Assembly: GCA_964519415.1 (NCBI GenBank)
Contig: CAZFJM010000001.1
Span: 34,294 to 86,038 of the forward strand
DNA: 51,745 bases
Direction of reading: 5' to 3'
DNA from: Candidatus Woesearchaeota archaeon
Lineage (GTDB): Archaea > Nanobdellota > Nanobdellia > Pacearchaeales > GW2011-AR1
The position numbers and the translations under genes were made by a program. This document shows positions 8,701-17,139 of the stretch, one piece after another; position 1 is the first letter of the stretch; the number at the start of each line of letters is the position of its first letter. The notes below the pieces were generated by a model, which saw only the letters and a list, made by a program, of their open reading frames with translations, had not been told where the DNA came from and made no database searches.

Positions 8701-11700
8701 ATGGACTCCAGATAGTAATTATAGGTTTAGCATTATCATTTAAAGTAATGTCTACACTAAAAGAAATATTTGCAATTCCTAAATTCCCAGAACTATCATT
8801 TGCATAATAAACAACTGTATGCAAACCATCTGATAAACTCGTTAAATTACCAGACCAAATTGTTGTTGAACTATTAGTCATTGAAACATTTGAATTATCA
8901 TCTATAGAATATCTAACCAAGAATGCAGCCTCTGAAGTTACAACAGATAATGAGATGTTATCAGTATTATATGTTTGATTTTGTGGATTAATAATTGTTA
9001 TCATTGGAGCAGTTACATCTGCAACACCAAAGTTTGTTGATGTAGAATTAATATTTCCAGCAGCATCAATTGCATAAAATATACAAGTATAATTTCCTTT
9101 AGCAACATTTAAGATAGTATAATTAGCATAACCAGTCGCAAATAAATCAATAGTATGATTAACAAAGCTACCGGTTGCATTCTCAGCAATCTTTACAGAA
9201 TTTAAGGAGAAACTATCAGTTACGTAAGCAGAACAATTTGCATTTTGATTTTCATTTACAGATGTTGCAGAAACAGAACTGAACTGAGGAGATTGATTAT
9301 CAAAATAAAATATTATTGTAGAATTACCTTGGTTTCCAGAACTATCATTCCCATACACTACCAACGTATTTGTAGAACCAGAAACAAATCCAGTCAAAGT
9401 ACCATTCCATAAAATAGAAGAGATGCTAGAAAGATTTGCAATAACACTTCCATTAATAGAATATCCTGCCCAAACTAAATTTTCATTACTTGAAATATTA
9501 AATAAAACAGGCGAAGAAGTTTTATAACTTGCATTAGTTAATGTAGAAGTTAAAACTGGAGGAACACTGTCAGTTACAGCTATAGTAAAATAAATTAAAG
9601 AAGAACTTCCTAAATTTCCAGAAGAATCATTTGCATAAAATATTACATTATGACTTCCGACACTTAGAGCATTAAGAGTTGTACTCCAACTTGTTCCAGA
9701 ACCAGATAAGCTAGAATTGAATCCACTATCTAAAGAATACCAAGCCGAACTTGCACTCTCAGAAGTACTAATACTTGCACTTACCGATGAACCACCATAA
9801 GTAGAATTACTAGGACTAGTTACTGTAATTGTTGGAGCAGTAACATCAGAAACAGTAAAGATTGCTGAAGTAGTATTTGTATTCCCAGCAGCATCAGTTG
9901 CATAAAATTGACAGGTATAGCTTCCCTTAATAACATTATATATGGTATAATTTGCAAAGCCAGTGCTAAACGTATCAATAGTATGATTAACAAAACTGCC
10001 CGTAGTATTTTCAGCTATTTTTACAGAACTTAAATTAAAACTATCGGTTATGTAAGCAGAACAATTTACATTTTGCGTTTCATTTACTGAAGTTGCAGAA
10101 GCAGAACTAATTCTAGGAGCTAAAGTATCGGCATAGAAGATAATACTTGTTGCACCAATATTTCCAGCAGTATCATTTGCATAAACTATTAAACTATTTG
10201 TAGACTCCTGCACTAAATTAACTAAAGTAGCATTCCAATTTAATATTGTGGTATTTGTCATTGAAACATTTGCAGTCCCATTCAAAGAATATTTTACCCA
10301 ACTAACATTTTCATTAGTAGTTACATTTAATGCAACTCCGCTCAAAGATTTATAAGAAGCATTAGCAATAGTATTTATGGTTACAACTGGAGGAACAGAA
10401 TCAGTACCAATAGTGATATTGAATGTCTTTGTTCCGGAAACTCCTACATTACCTGAAGAATCATTAGCATAAAAAATAAAGACGTAGGTTTGCAAGTTTA
10501 CTCCTGTAAATGAATAATTCCAATTAATGTTACTTGTATTGCCCATTGAAACATTTGCTGTTCCATTATTAAACCACGCAGCAGAAGCATTTTCATTAGT
10601 TACTAAAGATAAAAGTACAGAGGTATCACCATATACTCCTCCATTCGTTGGGCTTGTTACAGTAACAGTAGGAGCAATTACATCAGAAATTGTAAATGTT
10701 GTTGAAGTTGTATTTGTATTTCCAGCAGCATCTGTTGCATAAAATTGACAAGAATAAGTTCCTGCATTTGCTAATTTGCTTCCAACAATTACATAACTTG
10801 CAGTTCCATTTGATGTTAAAGCAATTGTATGATTTTCAAAGCTACCTGAAGAATTCTCTCCAATTATAACATTAGTCAAAGCAAATGCATCAACCCAAGC
10901 TATTGAACAATTAACAGATTGAGACTGATTTGCAGAAGGTGCTGAAGGATTAGAATATCTAGGAGCTATTGTATCAGAATAAAACGTTATTGCAGAATTG
11001 GCTTGATTATTACTCGTATCATTTGCATAAATAATAATCGTATTTGTAGACTCCTGAGTCAAACCAGAAAGAGTTGCATTCCAAGAAGTAGTTGAAGTAT
11101 TAGTTAAGTTAGTTAAGTTTCCACCGTTTAAAGTATATCCTGCCCATAATAAAGCTTCATTAGATGAGATATTCAGAACTAAAGAAAGACCCTTATAGCT
11201 TAAATTAGTTGGATTAATCATAGTAATAACTGGAGAGATAGTATCAGAAATTGAATTAACAGTGAAATAAATTAAAGAAGAACTTCCAATATTCCCAGAA
11301 GAATCATTTGCATAAAATCTAATATTATATCCAGCATTAGACAAACTTGTCAAAGTAGCATTCCAATTTGTTTTACTTGTATTACTCATTGAAACATTTG
11401 CAGCACCATTCAAAGAATACCAAGCAGCACTAGCATTCTCATTTGTCACCAAAGAAATACCGATACTATTTTGATTATACGTAAAATTACCTGGGCTTGT
11501 TACAGTAACAGTAGGAGCAATTACATCAGAAATTGTAAATGTTGTTGAAGTTGTATTTGTATTTCCAGCAGCATCTGTTGCATAAAATTGACAAGAATAA
11601 GTTCCTGCATTTGCTAATTTGCTTCCAACAATTACATAACTTGCAGTTCCATTTGATGTTAAAGCAATTGTATGATTTTCAAAGCTACCAGATGAATTCT

Positions 11701-14497
11701 CTCCAATTAAAACATTAGTCAAAGCAAATGCATCAACCCAAGCTATTGAACAATTAACAGGTAAAGATTGATTTGTTGAAGGCGCAGATACAGAGGAATA
11801 TCTTGGAGCTCTAGAATCTGCATAAAGAGTGATAGTCTTACTAGCTTGATTATTATTAGTATCATTTGCATAAATAATAACAGTATTTGTTGTTTCTTGG
11901 GATAAACTTAAAGTTGCATTCCAAGAAGTCAAAGAAGTATTTGTTAAATTAGTTAAGTTCCCGCCATTTAAAGTATAGCCTGCCCATCCTAATGATTCAT
12001 CAGAAGTTATATTCAATAAAGGAGTTAAAGTTGTATAACTTAAATTTGTAGGAGTTACTATTGTTATTGTAGGTGCAATAAGATCTACAGAAGCAGCAAT
12101 TGTAAAATATCTTACAGCAGAAACACCCATATTTCCAAAACTATCATTTGCATAATAAGTAATATTGTGTTGACCCAAAGACAAACTAGAAATTGTTGCA
12201 GTAAATTGAGTCATAGAAAGATTAGTCATTGTAACATTTGCAGCATCATCTAAAGAATAACCCGCCCACATCGTTATTTCAGAAGTTGTAATCTGTGCAG
12301 ACACAGAACTTTGAGTGTAAGTTGTATTTTGAGGATCATTTATTGTTATTGTTGGTCCGGAAGAATCGGTTGAATAAAATCCAGTCAAAGGATTTGTAGT
12401 TGCAGATTCATTCAAAACATCCATAATGTAAGCATACCAAGTATGTGTTGCAGTATCTGTTTCAGAAGCAAACCCGCAACTTAAATTTGCAGTTGCAGAA
12501 GCAGAACAATATTGGGTTCCAGTACATCCAGAAGAAGTTATTCCAGATGAATTACAAACATACAACTTCAGATTTTGACCAGAATCAGAATCAGAAGAAA
12601 CAGTTGTTATTGTTACAGTTGTTCCACCAAGAATAGAAACTGCATTATCACTTGCACTTGTAAAAGTTGGAAGTTGATTAATGTTTATTGTTTTACTTTG
12701 TATTGACTGGTTATTTCCTGCAGCGTCAGTAGAATTATATCTTAGATAATTTACGCCCCTTGTTGTAAAAGTAACCTGACCAGAATTATCAATTCCTAAA
12801 TTAGGAATGCAAGTATTAGCAGTATCTTTACAATATTGAGTTACTATAGTAAGTGAACTATCAACATTGTCTGCTTCAGTTATAGTCACGGAGTATCCAG
12901 AAGGTTGAACAGATGAAATAGAACTATCATTCGTTGTAGGAGCAGTATAATCTAAAGTAAAAGAAAGATCTAGATTATCACTTGATGTTTGAGAATTACC
13001 ATATTTGTCCTGACAAGAGATATATCGGTTGTATGCTCCCTGTGATGTTGTAGTAATTGAACAATTTGCAACACCACTACTATTTACAGAACAAGAAGTT
13101 CCAGAACTAGTATATCCTAAATCAGTTGTAAACCATTTACACAACATATCTACGGAACCATTAACCAAAACATCTGCCTTATTATCATTAACTGTATCAA
13201 AATAAGATGCAGCAGAATCTCCAGCAATACTAAGAACGGTCAATGAAAGAGTATTTGCAGAGATAGTATAAGTATAATTTACAGTAGAAGAATATGAAAC
13301 TCCATCATACATTCTACAATAAACTGTATAATTCCCTGCAAGCCTATTGGGCGTGTAAGTACAATATGGAAAATAAGGATTAGCCAAATTAGAAATATTA
13401 CCTGCAGAACACATAATATTGTCTATTACACTACTTGCCGAAACATCAGAGCAATAAAACTGTAGTGTACTATTACTTGAATCACTTACTCCATTTGCAG
13501 TAATATTCACGCTCGCACCAAGTCCTGAAGGATTAGGACTAACAGTTATATTTGAAATCGTAGGAGCAGCATCGTAAGAAAAAGTGATATTTGCATTTCC
13601 AACAAGACCACTAGTATCGTTTGACCAAACATACCAAGTATTGCTTCCTAAATTTGAATTCAATCCAGTTATATTTACTTGTACTCCAGAAGTACAAGAA
13701 GTAGTAATGTTTGTTCCATTAAAATTATACCAGCATTGAGACAAACCGCTTGTATCTGTAGAAGTAAAATTCAAAGTTGTAACATTGGAGCTATAAGTTG
13801 TATTTGTTGGATAAACTATAGAAACAGCAGGAGGAATAGCATCTGAAACATAAGTAACATTGAAGTATAAAGTATCGACGGTTAAGGTTTTAGCAGTTCC
13901 GCCTGATTGCTGAACCTGAAGTTTAGCCTTCGCCATAGTTCCAGAAGAACCAAAAAAATCACTACATGCCCAAGTTTCACTTCCAGTAACATCCAAACAA
14001 ATTTCTCCAGGATTTGCAGAGGAACCAGGATTACTACCTGACTGAACAATTGTGTAAGAAGCCCCGCCATCCGCATCAACTGCAACCGTTGAAGATGCAG
14101 CAGAAAGAGCTCCTCCAGCATTAGTCCACCACTCCCAACATAATCTTACATTTGTAATGGAACCACAATTTGTTATTGAACTATTAAATGCAGACATATT
14201 CACTCCCATATATTGATTATTTCCAGCAGTATTTGTAACAAAATTAGTATTTTCATTTAAATTTATAAGAGAAGGATTACAAGACAAAGAATAATTATCT
14301 GCTGTTCCAGATCTACTTTCATTATTACAACTCTGGATTGCTAAAACAGTATTACTTCCGCTCGCTGAAGGAAAAGCAAAAATAGCAAAAGCCCCTCCAA
14401 TCATAAATATTCCAAAAAGGATTATAAGAAACAGCGATAGAATTCTCACACGAGCACTTTTGTCGTGCATAGCTATAAACCACCCTTTTTTACGCAT
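5717..14497 (-). CDS. Giant modular cell-surface protein (2926 aa): N-terminal signal anchor, many Ig-like/adhesin-type beta domains, CARDB-like domain, Gly-rich linker, helical stalk, TM helix, cytoplasmic coiled coil
   Basis: One uninterrupted ORF. N-terminal hydrophobic anchor ILSLFLIILFGIFMIGGAFAIFA. Repeated Y-A-[TN]-D-[AS]-[AS]-G-N domain endings. Dense N-x-S/T sequons. SATVINLGTADAQNVYLNWSLPEGF is CARDB-like. GGGSGGASANGGG linker. TM FIFVYLYWPQILFVLIILVISL, followed by a K/E-rich coiled coil. Confidence 0.85.
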   Translation of the reverse strand: MRKKGWFIAMHDKSARVRILSLFLIILFGIFMIGGAFAIFAFPSASGSNTVLAIQSCNNESRSGTADNYSLSCNPSLINLNENTNFVTNTAGNNQYMGVNMSAFNSSITNCGSITNVRLCWEWWTNAGGALSAASSTVAVDADGGASYTIVQSGSNPGSSANPGEICLDVTGSETWACSDFFGSSGTMAKAKLQVQQSGGTAKTLTVDTLYFNVTYVSDAIPPAVSIVYPTNTTYSSNVTTLNFTSTDTSGLSQCWYNFNGTNITTSCTSGVQVNITGLNSNLGSNTWYVWSNDTSGLVGNANITFSYDAAPTISNITVSPNPSGLGASVNITANGVSDSSNSTLQFYCSDVSASSVIDNIMCSAGNISNLANPYFPYCTYTPNRLAGNYTVYCRMYDGVSYSSTVNYTYTISANTLSLTVLSIAGDSAASYFDTVNDNKADVLVNGSVDMLCKWFTTDLGYTSSGTSCSVNSSGVANCSITTTSQGAYNRYISCQDKYGNSQTSSDNLDLSFTLDYTAPTTNDSSISSVQPSGYSVTITEADNVDSSLTIVTQYCKDTANTCIPNLGIDNSGQVTFTTRGVNYLRYNSTDAAGNNQSIQSKTININQLPTFTSASDNAVSILGGTTVTITTVSSDSDSGQNLKLYVCNSSGITSSGCTGTQYCSASATANLSCGFASETDTATHTWYAYIMDVLNESATTNPLTGFYSTDSSGPTITINDPQNTTYTQSSVSAQITTSEITMWAGYSLDDAANVTMTNLSMTQFTATISSLSLGQHNITYYANDSFGNMGVSAVRYFTIAASVDLIAPTITIVTPTNLSYTTLTPLLNITSDESLGWAGYTLNGGNLTNLTNTSLTSWNATLSLSQETTNTVIIYANDTNNNQASKTITLYADSRAPRYSSVSAPSTNQSLPVNCSIAWVDAFALTNVLIGENSSGSFENHTIALTSNGTASYVIVGSKLANAGTYSCQFYATDAAGNTNTTSTTFTISDVIAPTVTVTSPGNFTYNQNSIGISLVTNENASAAWYSLNGAANVSMSNTSKTNWNATLTSLSNAGYNIRFYANDSSGNIGSSSLIYFTVNSISDTISPVITMINPTNLSYKGLSLVLNISSNEALLWAGYTLNGGNLTNLTNTSTTSWNATLSGLTQESTNTIIIYANDTSNNQANSAITFYSDTIAPRYSNPSAPSANQSQSVNCSIAWVDAFALTNVIIGENSSGSFENHTIALTSNGTASYVIVGSKLANAGTYSCQFYATDAAGNTNTTSTTFTISDVIAPTVTVTSPTNGGVYGDTSVLLSLVTNENASAAWFNNGTANVSMGNTSNINWNYSFTGVNLQTYVFIFYANDSSGNVGVSGTKTFNITIGTDSVPPVVTINTIANASYKSLSGVALNVTTNENVSWVKYSLNGTANVSMTNTTILNWNATLVNLVQESTNSLIVYANDTAGNIGATSIIFYADTLAPRISSASATSVNETQNVNCSAYITDSFNLSSVKIAENTTGSFVNHTIDTFSTGFANYTIYNVIKGSYTCQFYATDAAGNTNTTSAIFTVSDVTAPTITVTSPSNSTYGGSSVSASISTSESASSAWYSLDSGFNSSLSGSGTSWSTTLNALSVGSHNVIFYANDSSGNLGSSSLIYFTIAVTDSVPPVLTSTLTNASYKTSSPVLFNISSNENLVWAGYSINGSVIANLSSISSILWNGTLTGFVSGSTNTLVVYGNDSSGNQGNSTIIFYFDNQSPQFSSVSATSVNENQNANCSAYVTDSFSLNSVKIAENATGSFVNHTIDLFATGYANYTILNVAKGNYTCIFYAIDAAGNINSTSTNFGVADVTAPMITIINPQNQTYNTDNISLSVVTSEAAFLVRYSIDDNSNVSMTNSSTTIWSGNLTSLSDGLHTVVYYANDSSGNLGIANISFSVDITLNDNAKPIITIWSPLNGTYYTSASTLLNITSDKNLSWAGYRNATGSLVDLGNVSLVDWNKTITLTEGEHIIEFYANDTSTNKNQGSRNVTIYTDLNNPAVSSFICNSSVNASKNLTCVASVSDAMGLNYAILSYNFSGSFVNSSEIDLTGTSASVNYLFTEGNYTPGSYSVQLFLVDLSGRTNDSSSSAVQVLDDTNPLLSGISYTPTDFNSLDPGVNVTVNASVSDDYIIGSVEVYYSDDNGSSWNSELMTNTSLIEYNSTLIGLAAGNWTFYINATDAQGNTNISANYSFEVALDVSQDIVTNISSIVSFTYAQRTSSNELGYIILNTTSDSSLDYNVTISADSELSRFNLNNTLNQTENYTALSGTVLYVPLYVNLTGLTSGLYPFNITVTSAAGTEVIERNLNVQSASGPYLSVSIDTYSSRVTRGEDDVTFSATVINLGTADAQNVYLNWSLPEGFNLVSGNLVSGPATLGVGSSGSNLITINVSSNISDSNLTVIALASSTNADSANASKVVAITNPLTVTQVVEVPGPSVGGGSGGASANGGGKSIVYSNNVEVVRGNNTGFIITFGNKYSNQTLENISVELTGFPAKYLKISPSFIERLAYGQNGSFEVFLSAPSYKSYEEYTIKAVIKGTLVSATGRESYVETQNIKLVIQEISKEESFVELSLAEEAINSMKERGFNIIELEQLYSQARQKLESDEHNKESYDISSKVIKLKETAFEARRLIDLIRQILQNPKDINLLAGNVVKSDTTQNTIFYSSAIEDVLNMADAAFDRGDYVTALERAKKADLLLRLEQKGNLFIFVYLYWPQILFVLIILVISLRIAYSQYSKRRISSQIRDYDVEEDNLNKFVADNQKNYYSGKISSVEYHNRLSQYNNRLAIIRKSRINLRNVRVKTLSAEQFDSDLNNEKKEVEKEIIKIQEDFYKEKKIPESNYRTGFELLNNRLAEIEDEKLIVDINKEKRNVKPKESWFSFLDKHNERKEQELKRKVDELLKSKGVKK
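10649..10917 (-). repeat. Near-identical 269-bp patch, copy A (pairs with 11492..11760)
   Basis: Aligned by eye to 11492..11760 at an offset of exactly 843 bp with only a handful of mismatches. Flanking repeat sequence is clearly more diverged. Confidence 0.85.
11492..11760 (-). repeat. Near-identical 269-bp patch, copy B (pairs with 10649..10917)
   Basis: Same as copy A. It encodes the identical peptide ...AFALTNV-IGENSSGSFENHTIALTSNGTASYVIVGSKLANAGTYSCQFYATDAAGNTNTTSTTFTISDVIAPTVTVTSP. Confidence 0.85.
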
Positions 14498-14517
14498 AGT
14501 ATATTCAATAAATTTAA

Positions 14518-14527
14518 GTTTATAAAT
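14518..14527 (-). promoter_or_regulatory. TATA-like promoter element for the giant surface gene (ATTTATAAAC on the minus strand)
   Basis: Lies 21-30 nt upstream of ATG 14497, in the 51-nt gap after the ATPase stop. Confidence 0.4.
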
Positions 14528-14548
14528 GCTTTTAATGACGATAAAACC

Positions 14549-17095
14549 CTATTTTTTCCTAAACAATTCAGACCAGAAAACACATATGAAAGCAACAACA
14601 AAAGAAATCAACCAATCATTCAAATGTAAAATCTCAAATCCGAATAAATGCCTTAGGAAAGGCAAGTATATCGTCGCCAATAAGAATAAAACTGCCGCAA
14701 CAGTTAAAATCCAAAATGAAGTATTGTCAAATAAGGATTTGAAAAATGATTGCGTAGTAGACTTACTTACTATAATTAAGAAAATATTAGAAATAATTAA
14801 AGTTGCAAAACATAATGCTCTAGCCTCATTAAAATTACCAGTAAGACTTATAGAAGCTAAGAAAACACCGATACAACCTAAGAAAATCATAAATCCTCTT
14901 AAAACACTATACGAAAAAGATTTCCAATTTAAAATTGTTTCACGAGGACGACGAGGTTTTCTATTCATAATATTTTTTTCTTCCTTCTCCGATTCAAAAA
15001 CAACCGAACAAGCCGGATCAATAATTAATTCCAAAAATAAGATATGTGCAGGAAATAAAATTAAAGGATAACCAAATAGAACAGAAAAGAATGTTAACGC
15101 AACAATAGGAATATGAACAGCAAATAAATAATGAAATGCTTTTCTCAAATTATCATATATCTTTCTTCCCAATCTAATACCATTTACAATAGAAGTAAAA
15201 TTATCGTCTAATAAAACCAAATCAGAAGCTTCTCTTGCAACATCTGTTCCTCTTTCACCCATTGCAACACCAATATCTGCAGCTTTCAACGCAGGAGCAT
15301 CATTTACACCATCTCCAGTCATAGCAACAATTTCTCCGTTTGCTTTTAATGCATGAATTAATTTCAATTTCTGCTCTGGAACAACTCTAACAAACAAGTT
15401 TACCTTCCTAATTTTTTCACTTAACTCTTTTTCAGTCATGCTATTAATCTGCGCACCAGTAATATAATCTCGAGGATTCTTCAAACCGATTTCCATAGCA
15501 ATATTCTGTGCAGTCCCGGAATAATCTCCAGTTATCATTATTACTCTAACTCCTGCAGTATAACAATCTTGAACCGATTGAGCAACACCTACTCTAACAG
15601 GATCTTCAAATCCAACAAACCCAACAAATTCAAACTTAAAACCAAAAGGTTTTTCCGGAAGAGCTCCAACAAATTCAGACTTTGCAACAGCTAGAACTCT
15701 TAAACCAGTTTTTGTAAAATCATTCAATTTCTTAATTAAATCTCTTTTTTCCTTTTCAGATAATTTACATAACTCAAAAATTGCTTCAGGTGCACCTTTT
15801 GCTGCAACAAATTTTCTGCTCCGCTGAGCTGACCCTCGCAGGGATTCATTACTCTTCCAAACATGAGAAACAGCAAGGAAATCATGAGAAAGAGGGTATT
15901 CTTTGACTAATTCCCAAGAATCATGCCTATGGCTTGCATCTACTTTATCCTTAAACAAACTCCTTAATGCTTTCTCCATAGGATCAGTAGGATCTTTCTG
16001 ACTTGCCAAAATACCATAATCAATCAATTCGTGGAAACTCTCCGGAACGGACTCATGATTCATTGAATAGAATTTGTTATTTGAAAATAATTTAACAACA
16101 CTCATTCTATTTTGAGTAATTGTTCCAGTCTTATCACTACATAAAACCGTCGCTGAACCCAAAACTTGAATTGCTTTCTGTTTTCTAGCTAAAACATTTT
16201 TCTTCGACATTCTCCAAGCACCCAAACCTAAGAAAATAACTAAAACAACAGGCAATTCCTCCGGAATTATAGCCATTGCTAAAGTAACTCCGGCTAAAAT
16301 AGCATTAATTAAGCTATCTTTAAACAAAACATAAATAATTGTAACAAGAATAGAGAGAGCAACAGCACTAAATGCAACATAACGAACAATTTTATTAGTC
16401 TCTTTTTCTAAATTAGTTTTCTCAGGAGTAATTTTTTCTAAACTTTTTCCTATTTTTCCCATTTCAGTATTTACTCCAGTTCCTTTTGCAATAGCGACTG
16501 CCCTTCCATTTACAACCAAAGTTCCAGAATAAGCAAAACAAGTATTATCTCCTCCAGGAGTTTGCATCACAATCTTAAGATTTTTAGTAGGTGTCTTTCT
16601 TACTGCAAAACTTTCACCAGTCAAAATACTTTCATCTATAGAAAGATTACTAGAATCAACAATAATACAATCTGCAGGAACTCTATCTCCTTCTGAAAGA
16701 ACTAAAATATCTCCCGTTACTACTTCTCTCCCCGCAATTCTTTTTATTTCTCCATCACGATAAACTAAAGCTCTCGGACTAGACAGGTTCCTTAAAGCTT
16801 CCAAAGCCTTCTCCACCTTGTTTTCTTGATAAACAGTAATAATAATCATAAAGAAAACAAAACCCAAGAGAAGAATAGATTCTGCTAAATCTCCCAAGAA
16901 TAAATATAAAAGCCAACAAACAAGAAGCAGTAAAAACATAGGCTCCTTGAAAACATTTAAAACAATTGAAAGAAAGTTTCTTCTCTTCTCCCTAGGTAAT
17001 TCATTGTAACCTTTAGTTACTAGTATTTTATCCGCATCAGACTGGCTAATTCCATGAAGACTCAAAGAATTGATAGTTTCGATCACACTCTGCAT
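14549..17095 (-). CDS. P-type cation-transporting ATPase (P2-type, Ca2+/Mg2+-ATPase-like)
   Basis: 848 aa. Motifs: LTGES (actuator), CSDKTGTITQNRM (DKTGT phosphorylation site), MITGD, MTGDGVNDAPALK (hinge), IPEELPVV in TM4. It also has the N-terminal Cation_ATPase_N-type helix and about 10 TM segments. Confidence 0.9.
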   Translation of the reverse strand: MQSVIETINSLSLHGISQSDADKILVTKGYNELPREKRRNFLSIVLNVFKEPMFLLLLVCWLLYLFLGDLAESILLLGFVFFMIIITVYQENKVEKALEALRNLSSPRALVYRDGEIKRIAGREVVTGDILVLSEGDRVPADCIIVDSSNLSIDESILTGESFAVRKTPTKNLKIVMQTPGGDNTCFAYSGTLVVNGRAVAIAKGTGVNTEMGKIGKSLEKITPEKTNLEKETNKIVRYVAFSAVALSILVTIIYVLFKDSLINAILAGVTLAMAIIPEELPVVLVIFLGLGAWRMSKKNVLARKQKAIQVLGSATVLCSDKTGTITQNRMSVVKLFSNNKFYSMNHESVPESFHELIDYGILASQKDPTDPMEKALRSLFKDKVDASHRHDSWELVKEYPLSHDFLAVSHVWKSNESLRGSAQRSRKFVAAKGAPEAIFELCKLSEKEKRDLIKKLNDFTKTGLRVLAVAKSEFVGALPEKPFGFKFEFVGFVGFEDPVRVGVAQSVQDCYTAGVRVIMITGDYSGTAQNIAMEIGLKNPRDYITGAQINSMTEKELSEKIRKVNLFVRVVPEQKLKLIHALKANGEIVAMTGDGVNDAPALKAADIGVAMGERGTDVAREASDLVLLDDNFTSIVNGIRLGRKIYDNLRKAFHYLFAVHIPIVALTFFSVLFGYPLILFPAHILFLELIIDPACSVVFESEKEEKNIMNRKPRRPRETILNWKSFSYSVLRGFMIFLGCIGVFLASISLTGNFNEARALCFATLIISNIFLIIVSKSTTQSFFKSLFDNTSFWILTVAAVLFLLATIYLPFLRHLFGFEILHLNDWLISFVVAFICVFWSELFRKK

Positions 17096-17115
17096 AAAAT
17101 AACCAAGATGTTTTG

Positions 17116-17126
17116 CTTTTTATAAC
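17116..17126 (-). promoter_or_regulatory. TATA-like promoter element for the P-type ATPase gene
   Basis: GTTATAAAAAG on the minus strand, 21-31 nt upstream of ATG 17095. Confidence 0.35.
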
Positions 17127-17139
17127 TTTTCAAAAGGAA

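Larger units (their letters stand above)
8200..12360 (-). repeat. In-frame tandem array of about five ~0.84-kb (about 281-aa) three-domain supermodules inside the giant gene
   Basis: The protein repeats the order [..LNITS-E-L-WAGY-LNG..][..APR(Y/I)SS-SA..NCS..GSF-NHT..FYA-DAAGN..][..APT-TVTSP..W(Y/F)SL..YANDSSGN..]. The DNA offset between copies measures 843 bp. Array boundaries are approximate. Confidence 0.7.

Noticed and set aside
8200-12360. Regular ~0.84-kb repeats considered as a CRISPR array, satellite or other non-coding repeat
   Set aside because: The period is far too long for CRISPR and there is no short repeat/spacer alternation. The repeats are in frame within a single 8.8-kb ORF and translate into repeated beta-domain modules.
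14526-15071. 181-aa plus-strand ORF in the six-frame track
   Set aside because: It lies wholly antisense to the C-terminal membrane region of the P-type ATPase, which has unambiguous motifs. Its Lys/Ile/Asn-rich composition is typical of open antisense frames in AT-rich DNA.
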